From: Oopsacas minuta
Lineage: Eukaryota > Animalia > Porifera
Direction: 5' to 3'
DNA: 14,856 bases
Assembly (NCBI GenBank): GCA_024704765.1
Contig: JAKMXF010000310.1
Location: 1,137,733 to 1,152,588 of the forward strand
Shown: positions 1 to 7,811 of the stretch, in pieces
Position numbering within the stretch: the first letter of the stretch is position 1
How the letters are laid out: every line of letters starts with the position of its first letter
Program-made: the position numbers and the translations under genes
The notes under the pieces: generated by a model
What the model saw: only the letters and a program-made list of their open reading frames with translations
The model's database searches: none
Told to the model about the DNA's origin: nothing

Positions 1-88
1 AATATGAAATGAAATGTTGCATTGTATATTTAGTGTTGCAGACAGAATTATGTAATAACCAGCTTTCCTTTAAAGTAACAAGAATTAC

Positions 89-180
89 CTGCAGTGAAAT
101 ACACTGAATAGCAAACAAATGAGCATGAAAGAGTAGAGTAACAAGCGTGTATAACCGCAATATCAACAGTATGAGCATTC
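89..180 (-). other. Candidate host exon encoding a hydrophobic, signal-peptide-like 30-aa segment
   Basis: The minus strand reads ttaccatag|GA ATG CTC...CTG CAG|gtaatt, with a canonical AG at 182-181 and GT at 88-87. The open frame 178-89 is MLILLILRLYTLVTLLFHAHLFAIQCISLQ. No homology recognised. Confidence 0.3.
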
Positions 181-1327
181 CTATGGTAATTGTAATGTAT
201 AAATCAATACAATTTTCCTCATAGGATTTGGCTTAGGGAGTAAATTTTTCGTTACTTTGTCAATTTTAATCCGATTTTGGATTTCTTTAGCTCTATCAAC
301 TTCTCTTAACGAGTTCTTGAACGGTGCATATAGGGATTTTTGACCACATTAAAAAAGTTGGGGGTGTAAGATTCTGCAATTGTACCATAGAGGTTACTCG
401 GACACCTCCTAGCGCTCCTCCTCTCAAAATTTCATACGCCTAAATCAGTAAATTAGTGTTATGGCGTAGGGAATAGTGTTGACAACTCAGTTCAACATTA
501 TCCCTGGAGGAGGAACAAGGCAGGAGCGTAGGAACGAATTATTTATGGTGGGGTTAACAATGACAACATTTTTGCTTTGTTAATCTACTGGGAAATTGCA
601 GTTAATGTAATGAAATGTTATCGAGGATAAACATGAAATACAACAACACAAATATAATCGGAACACAAGTTAATTAGGAAAGTGATTTTATTAGTTATGT
701 CAGCTCTCGCATAAGTCGAACTTAATGGCTCAGTTGATATAGTTAAGAGTTTCTTGTTGAATTCACTCCTGGACGTGTTACCTTTCCAGTCACCCATATT
801 GAATTCACTAACAAGAGATCTCATAATTTCACCCATTGACCGATTTATGTTCAGGTTTTAATTACAAATATGACATCGCATATCAGCGCCAAACATCAAT
901 GCAGTCATTCTTCTTCAGGCGACAATAGCTGGAATAGAAAACTTTGAACTCCAATCACTATTCAGTAGTCATGTTATCTTGATACAAATTTTGTTATAGA
1001 TACAAGCATATCAATTATCAAGAATCTCGAATTATTACTTAATTAATGCTTGTCTACTGTTATTCTGCGTAATAGATATAGTATGTAGAAACATACGTAA
1101 TATACTATTTTATATACGTATATATTTTCATTAAATTAGAGAATTCTGCTTTACAATTTATTAAATAAGATACGAATCTTAATCGAATAAGAACAGTTCG
1201 CTACAAGGACAATTGGCTACTTGAGAACATATGTATATAAATAAAAAGTTTTTCTTAATACACTACAATTCTATTACAGCGTCCTTACACTGGTGTAATC
1301 GCTAGATTAACCAAACTTGAATATTCT

Positions 1328-1369
1328 CGCGTTTACGCCAGTGTGAACATGCAGACTGGTGTAAACGCG
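1328..1369. repeat. Short hairpin / miniature palindrome
   Basis: cgcgtttacgccagt (1328-1342) pairs with actggtgtaaacgcg (1355-1369) at 14/15 positions around a 12-nt loop. A further actggtgtaa-cgc copy lies near 1289-1302. Confidence 0.7.
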
Positions 1370-1460
1370 TGTACTCCAATCTCTCGTTAGCAATGTAACA
1401 TCTACATTATTAAATCTCAATTGTTGTCTGTATGACAGGCTTGCTCTAAACAGCTACACA

Positions 1461-1700
1461 AGGGTAACTACTCACGCTGAATCCGATTTCGCATTTAAGT
1501 TTCTCATACGTAAATTTATTGCTGTTTTTATGAATATATAGTAAACAAATTTCAAAATTGAGGTAGAATCATACTTTCAACGACTATACTGGGGTAATCG
1601 AGTATGTTGATTCTGAATATGGTATTGTTTGTGTTTGTTCGTTGACATGTAAATATATTGTTGTTTTTGTGAATATACAGGAAACAATTAGCAAAATTTA
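1461..1700 (+). repeat. Degenerate two-copy tandem repeat, period ~130-140 bp
   Basis: gtaaatttattgctgtttttatgaatatatagtaaacaaatttcaaaatt (~1510-1559) matches gtaaatatattgttgtttttgtgaatatacaggaaacaattagcaaaatt (~1650-1698). Units start agggtaac (1461) and ggggtaatc (1591). Confidence 0.65.
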
Positions 1701-2169
1701 AATATTTATTCATATACTTGCCATCAAATCTTACAAAATAATAATAGCCATATACGTATACTTGTATTACATTGTTCTAAAATATCTATATTATAATACT
1801 CAATGGGCCGTCAATTTGGAGAAGAATGAATATCTCGAGGCGCAATACAGCGAGTTCATCGCAAAGGGACGAGCCAAAGGCTCGTTCTAATTAACATTCC
1901 ATTTATGCGAAATTGCATACATGAAAGAGATATGGAATTTTCTAGAACTTAGTAGAATTTCAATGGGAAATTAAAGTGGCACAAAAGGAGTAATTTGTGT
2001 CAGATCAAAAATCTTATACCGAGGTCCATATCTTCTGGTCACAATGAACCCATAAATAATTTTTCAGCCCTTGAACATAAACGGCGTCAGCAGTCGGCTG
2101 TGGAGTGTATACGGAAAAATTTCCATTCAGATCAATACTGAGCCTTATACTAAAGTATATTCGAAACAG

Positions 2170-3170
2170 TAATAAGAGTCCAGTTTTGGAAGAGTAGAAA
2201 TTGTAATGGAAGATTAACTGAAAAATACGTCTGATAAGCCTTAGGGAAGTATTATCAACATAGGAAAGTAGTATTAAAGTGTATATATAGGTGGTCAAAT
2301 ATGTGATCAGTCATCATGTGGTTGCGGAATATGATATTTTAGCACAACAAATGTAAGTTTCTAATCTGTTTAAGACAGTCTTTCAAACATCTGTAATGTC
2401 TGATTGGCATATATTATGATGAATTAATGTAGTTGATTCGAAATTCTTCAGTAACATGATCGGTCGGAATGAGATCTAATTCCTGTGTAGTAATGAATGT
2501 ATTATGTCATCATATTGAAGCCATAACCACAAACTATAAATCACAGTTGATGCGAGTGTTTCCGCAATATCTTACTTTCTAATAACGAAATATATTTCAA
2601 TGGCGTATAGTCAATATCTTTGAGTAATTTACATTTTAATAACTTGAAAGAAGTTGAATGTACTCCATTGAAATACATTCTTATATAAAATGTTAGAAAA
2701 AGGTCAATTACTCGAAGGATTTGTATGTACTCCATGGAAATATATTTTCGTTAATAGAAATTAAAATATTACGGAAACACTTGTATCAATTTTCGTTGGA
2801 TAGGAATAATAGTTTAGTTATGGCTTCAACATGTCAAAATACATTTCCTTTGCAACACAGGAATGTGATCACATTTCGATCATGCTATCGATGGATTTCG
2901 AATCAACTACATTAAATCACCATAATATATGACAAACAGACATTACAAAGTTGGAAACAATGTCTAAATACAGTACAGTAAAACTGCATTTTTCTACTTA
3001 AAATATCACATTCCGCAACTACATGATGGCTAATCACATATTTTGGCCTAGTATACACTTTGATACTACGTTCCTATATGTTGACAGTACATTCCTAAGG
3101 CCTATCACACGTATTTTTCAGTTTATCAGCCTTTACATATTTTTACTCTTCAAAAACAGGACTCGTATTT
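2170..3170. repeat. Long non-coding foldback: ~460-bp inverted arms (2170-2632 and 2703-3170) with a ~70-bp spacer; probable non-autonomous long-TIR element
   Basis: The reverse complement of 2170-2632 aligns colinearly with 2703-3170 at roughly 75-80% identity, e.g. atattccgcaaccacatgatg vs acattccgcaactacatgatg and tttcgaatcaactacatta in both. The paired ORFs 2014..2298(-)/3023..3205(+) and 2541..2735(-)/2721..2915(+) translate to similar peptides (RIFQ, ILRKH) for this reason. Confidence 0.9.
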
Positions 3171-3188
3171 TTATCATGATTCGGCAGC

Positions 3189-3419
3189 CTATGTGCGGCG
3201 GGTAATGGAAGTTTGGTGAGGCTCAGTCTCCTCAATTTTTATAATTTTTTTCCGCTAATTGAGGGGCTTTGAAGAATGCTAATCGATGTTTGACGATAAC
3301 AGCCAACAAATCAATATGCTAGACTGGTTATCCCTGTTGAGATTTAGTTATTTTCATTAAATATATACTATTAGCACTTATTGAAGGATGTCTCCTATAG
3401 CCCCTGGATCCGCAACTAG
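3189..3419. mobile_element. Possible degenerate MITE remnant
   Basis: The right end gcccctggatccgcaactag (~3400-3419) resembles the common GC-rich CCCCTGGATCCGC-type MITE terminus. The left end matches only partly (ctatgtgcgg vs expected ctagttgcgg). No TSD found. Confidence 0.3.
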
Positions 3420-3819
3420 GCTTGGGTATTTCCGTTTATATTTCCATTTTGGGGATGGGCGCGTACCCAAAAGAAATTTGAGGGAGGGTTAAATTTATCT
3501 AATATATAAATATTCAAGCTATGAAATTTTCCATTTTTCTAAATATAATCAAAAATATTCTAATTCGTTTATCCTTTTTCATATCAAATTTCATTTTAAA
3601 AATTTCAAGTTGTAATATAAAACACAAAAGCATTTTCAATGGTCCCTGTAAAATAATTCTCCCAATAATATTCAGTCGCAAATAGGGTTGCCCGGCGTAT
3701 GTTAGGGTTTTTTATGTCCCTTATTGAGAATGTCCAAGTTTGTGAAATATTCCATAATCAGTGCTTCATATTTGTCATTTTGCATACATTTTAAGAGTAC
3801 ATTCTGAGATGATTATAGT

Positions 3820-4516
3820 TTTGGTTGTTAGTATCGAATTTGACGATTATCGAGACAAGTCGGGTAAAGCATAACTTTGGTACAAAGATTCACTAGCATA
3901 GTTGTCAACTTTTTCAAATTACTATTCGTAAGATCGTTAAGATTATTCTTATTTTGCTAGTTTCTTTGAAAGAAATTAAAAATATCGATTAGTAATACGA
4001 TTTTAGCTAACCTAATGACCTAACTCTGTTCTTTCGTGTTAACTTCACGGTTATTTCATTAAATTTTAAAGTAAGAATGCAAAAGTGAGATTCGTATTAG
4101 ACCCGTGAGATTTGGCAACAATCCACTAGGCTGTGCTTGAACTTTTAGAAGGAGAGCACTTCATCGAAGTTCAGGGTTGTAATGTACACTCTGTTTTGTG
4201 CCACTTATAGACACATTTTGAAGGTTTTTTAAATGCAATGGTGGCACATTACTGAAACATTCTTGTGTTGCTAGGGAAATATTTCAGAACATATCCAGTG
4301 GCCATTCCAAATATGTTTACTGGTTACGAATATCGACAATATTCGTTTTGATTCACACCTAATGAGTTATAAGCATACATAAACTGAGTGTGTATCATAG
4401 CCCTGAACTTCGATGAAAGCTCCACTTCTAAAAAGTTCTAGCACACCCTAGTATAACTTTATACCAAATTTTGTGCTTTTACCTGACTTGTCACGGTTTC
4501 AGCGCTAACAGCCCTG
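3820..4516. mobile_element. Second foldback / long-TIR non-autonomous element with an interrupted left arm
   Basis: The reverse complement of 4360-4516 (cagggctgttagcgctgaaaccgtgacaagtcaggt...cactagggtgtgctagaactttttagaag...ttcatcgaagttcagggct) matches 3820-3897 plus 4110-4207. The right terminus CAGGGCTG is hAT-like. No convincing TSD. Confidence 0.75.
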
Positions 4517-4591
4517 GCTATTTTCCTTTCCTTTTTCATTTGGTTTTACTATTTATTCATAATTGTTTTAATTTCTCCCTGATCAATACTA

Positions 4592-4687
4592 GGCAGTGTC
4601 CCTAAACATAATTTAAGTATCAAAATTATGCCAAGATTAAGCTTTTGTATATCTATTCTTATAACTGAGTATCTTTAATGTATGACA
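4592..4687 (+). repeat. Left TIR of the RAG1-related element
   Basis: GGCAGTGTCCCTAAACATAATTTAAGTATCAAAATTATGCCAAG...GAGTATCTTTAATGTATGACA is the reverse complement of 6541-6638. Confidence 0.92.
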
Positions 4688-4892
4688 TTAATAAATTTGT
4701 TTCATGCTAAATTTTCACATAATTAGACTTTCAATTTCACACCTTCCATATATGGTAATAAGTATTAACCTCCAATATTTTGTTTAACAGAAATCAAATA
4801 CAAGTTCAATTTATTCAATTCCTAGAGAATAAATAAGAGTGTAACTAAGAACTAGAGAAATAGTGAAAAAGTAAATAATAGTACCAATAAAT

Positions 4893-6531
4893 TCAAATAT
4901 GCGAAGAATTGAAGTCGTTGATACATCTAAAAAGATTATCCCCGTAGTGCTGACTGTTAAGATCTTTAATACGATATTTCGCAAAATATGTATCTAAACT
5001 AGAGTGACAACTCTCGACTGCTTTTTCATAATACAGTCCCAAAGGTTTGCCTATAAGCCGGATAAATTCTGGTACATGTCTCAGGATTATGTAGATTTTG
5101 GAGTGATATTGAATCTAATTTCCTCAACAATTCTATCAATACTTTCCGCGAGAACTCTAGAAAATTTTATGTACTCCAAATTCAATTGACTACGGAAGCA
5201 ACTTTCGTGTACATTTTTGAAATCATACAAACAATACCAAAGGGTAACAGTCCTGGGAGTAAATTAACCTCATCACCATCAAGTTGTTCAAAATCTTAGA
5301 GCATTCATTACATAAAGAAAAGAGATTGAAGTAACGCAGGAGATTATACTTTGGTTGTTTATGAGATATCTAAAATGGCTAAATCTTAATCTGAAATAAC
5401 ATACCTCCAAAGTTTTTCCCGTGATAATCTTCCTGGATAATGTTGAGCTACTCACGTAACCAATTTTCTAATTCAGGGGATCGAATTAACATTTCAGATA
5501 TGATTGTATTAACAATTTCTAGTTTCAGATGCAGTGCTGGAGGTGGACTAGGATCAACATCATTAACATTACTAATCAAAGGTATTTCTGGCAATTAAAG
5601 AAATCTTTTAGTTCAGACTTTTACTTCTCTCCCTTTTTCAAGTATAAAAATTCTCAGATATATTTTCTAAAGTGCAGGAACTGGCATCATTTTTCCATAT
5701 TTAGTGGTTCCTTCACAATAGACACATGGGTGTTTCGATGAATGAGGGCCCAGTCCAGCAAGTATGTTCATCATTTTATTGAGGAATAATATAACTAATA
5801 CATTTGCATTTTAGTAAATACTAAATATAACGGGTATCTTACTTTACAATCAGTTGCATATGTGTGAGAGATCTGATTTATATTGCATTTCTCTAAGATA
5901 TAAGAACAGTTCTCATAATTTTCTGGTATGTTTGGTGTACAAGATAGAATAAAAATCTTGTTCACTCCTGTGTCACAATATTTCTTTGAAGAACTGTTGC
6001 TATTTCTTGTTATTCTACTAGTAACTATTTCAGATGATGGTCCTAATTCTACTTCGAAAAGAGTTAACTTCAGTTTTAGAAAGCCTAAAGCAAGATCATA
6101 ATTACTATTGTAAACTAGACTCACTGCGATTGTCCGAAAATATGTTTTGTCTACTCACATTTAAATATATAGAATTAAAAAGTATTCGTTATTATATTAA
6201 CATACATCTTACGTTTCCACACCTTTCCCTAGATCAAATCCAATTTAGCTTCTCACTTCTGTAAAATGCTTTCCCCTCAGTTCACACACTCATTCATTAA
6301 AAGTTTCTATTCCGAACAGTACACAAATGATCTTCCAATCTTTTTACCGCCATCAATAAACAAAACCCTTTCAAGTTTAAATAGATTTTGGAAAATTTTC
6401 TTTTTGTAGCAAATTTTCTCTTATGTCTTTAACAACAACTTTTCGACACCATTTTAATCATAGTAATCTCAAAATACTCAAGATTCGCCTGTCACTGAGT
6501 TTAGCATCAAGCTTGAAACAATTGATGCCAT
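4893..6531 (-). pseudogene. Four-exon RAG1/Transib-like DDE transposase pseudogene (~440 aa reconstructed)
   Basis: Manual reconstruction gives LSDRRILSILR...FVYCS...IGFD(6233-35)LGKG|FLKLKLTLFE...DTGVNKIFILSCTPNIPENYEN...YATD(5849-51)CK|MMNILAGLGPHSSKHPCVYC...PPPALHLKL...YHGKNFGG|NECSKIL...ITPK-YIILRHVPEF...GLYYEKAVE(5013-15)SCH...DFNSSHI*, with TGA at 4895-4893. It carries several stops and frameshifts. Exons are ~6531-6223, 6084-5843, 5774-5405 and 5311-4893. Confidence 0.85.
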
Positions 6532-6540
6532 ATATATAAA

Positions 6541-6638
6541 TGTCATACATTAAAGATACTCAGTTTAAAGAATAGATATAAAAAAAGCTTATTCTTGGCA
6601 TAATTTTGAAAAGTTAAATTATGTTTAAGGACACTGTG
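6541..6638 (-). repeat. Right TIR of the RAG1-related element, starting with CACAGTG
   Basis: Plus-strand cactgtg at 6632-6638. The reverse complement CACAGTGTCCTTAAACATAATTTAACTTTTCAAAATTATGCCAAG... matches the left TIR. Confidence 0.92.
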
Positions 6639-6856
6639 TACAGATAATTAAGCATTCGATTAATCTAACAAAATTGGATAGGAAATCACCGCCCATTTGA
6701 TGTTGTACTCCTATGCTATCTTGTCCATTCGAGCATAGCTGTGGTATTTGTACTTCTAGTCATGCCAGATATGGCCGAATACAAAATATGGCCTTCAAGA
6801 TAGACGATAAATTCCACCTTCAACATCTGGCATTAGCAGTAAGTGTATATTTTATG

Positions 6857-7313
6857 GGCAATATGAGAAATTGGGTATTATGCAAAATACCCAGGCAATA
6901 TGCAAAATGCTACTTTCTTAGTCAGGGGCCGGATTTACCCTGGAGTGGCCCGAAACATGGTCGACATTGGTCGGTGCCCCCCCAAATTTCAATTATTATA
7001 TAAATTAGAAAGTGCCATATTTTACAGTGCAGGGGTCTCTATCAATATGGGGTGGGAATAAATTACTGACCTGAAGTGGCATAATGGTTAATATAACATA
7101 TTTCAAAAGTAAACAATGTATACAATGAACTAATCTATGACATATCAAATTTCTAATTTAGAAATTTTAGTCTCTAAGAACGGCCCTTTTTACAAATGGT
7201 CCAAAGGCTATAGCCTACTTAGCCTAATGGTAAATCCGGCACTGTTCTTAGTCAATATGCATAATATCCAGGCAATATGCATAATGCTACTCTTATTGGA
7301 CAATATGCATAAT
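6857..7313 (+). repeat. Minisatellite (core CAATATGCA[A/T]AAT, ~48-bp dimeric unit) interrupted by the MITE
   Basis: Copies lie at ~6859-6922 and 7253-7313. Removing the MITE and one TSD joins ...ccaggcaatatgcaaaatgctactttcttagt to caatatgcataatatccaggcaatatgcataatgctactcttattggacaatatgcataat. Confidence 0.75.
6923..7244. mobile_element. Complete hAT-type MITE (322 bp)
   Basis: TIRs are CAGGGGCCGGATTTAC (from 6923) and GTAAATCCGGCACTG (to 7244). The 8-bp TSD TTCTTAGT is perfect at 6915-6922 and 7245-7252. No coding capacity. Confidence 0.9.
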
Positions 7314-7334
7314 CTTATTCTTATTGCATGCAGT

Positions 7335-7650
7335 TATGGACTACTTTAATAAAGGACTGTGAGCTACCAGCTCGGGTCTTGGAACTTGGGTCCATTGTGT
7401 ATTTATCGAGTCTCGTAAACCGCTTAGTTAGATACCCCAAATGTATTATTGTTGATAGGAAGTTATACTTTTAGAGCCTATTGGTCATGTTGCCTTACCT
7501 AAAATATTTGTGGAATGTGAGTTATGCAGTTTCACACCTCCATATAAGGTAAAATCGTAATATTTCATAATTGGTACGAGTTAGGTATGACAAATGTGTA
7601 ATTATCGAATGGTAAGTCGCATATGAGGAGTCAATTGAGTTAGTCAACAT
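7335..7650 (+). repeat. Left long TIR of the P-like element
   Basis: 7335-7606 matches the reverse complement of the right end at high identity. A weaker match continues to ~7650 (spacer plus start of a second unit). Confidence 0.9.
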
Positions 7651-7811
7651 ATCAAAAATACTCTTGGTTTTAGTTTTGTGGTTTTCAAACTTTTCCATAT
7701 ATAGTAATATCTTAATCTCTACTTTTATTGGTAGAGTTAAACATAGAATAGGTATGAACCTCGAATAGGAATTCAAATATAAGGATGATAAAGACAAAAT
7801 TTGTAAGTAAG

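Larger units (their letters stand above)
4592..6638 (-). mobile_element. RAG1-related (Transib/Chapaev-type) cut-and-paste DNA transposon, degenerate
   Basis: ~97-bp TIRs at 4592-4687 and 6541-6638 differ at ~11 positions. The right TIR starts CACAGTG, the left GGCAGTG. They enclose a DDE transposase pseudogene with the RAG1/Transib motif order. Confidence 0.85.

Noticed and set aside
225-535. MITE-like fragments (aattttaatccgattttgg; cctagcgctcct vs caggagcgtagg)
   Set aside because: Partial, inconsistent termini, so no element boundaries can be defined.
618-836. 72-aa minus-strand ORF (…GDW…ICVVVFHVYP)
   Set aside because: Only a vague resemblance to LINE endonuclease strands, with no diagnostic motif or supporting flanking frames.
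3683-3720. TAGGGTTGCC hAT-like terminus
   Set aside because: No matching opposite end or TSD was found in the window.
4592-6638. True 12/23 RSS pair or ProtoRAG (RAG1L plus RAG2L) element
   Set aside because: Spacers are 21 and 22 nt, the nonamer match is only 5/9, and there is no space or kelch-like ORF for RAG2.
4587-6643. 5-bp TSD for the RAG1-like element (TACTA left vs TACAG right)
   Set aside because: Only 3/5 match and the left terminus is itself mutated (GGCAGTG), so TSD length cannot be called and Transib cannot be separated from Chapaev on this basis.
6670-6845. Plus-strand exon-like segment ending GCA|gtaagt (start of ORF 6713..7003)
   Set aside because: The donor is good, but there is no compatible acceptor or recognisable protein, and the rest of the ORF runs through minisatellite and MITE sequence.
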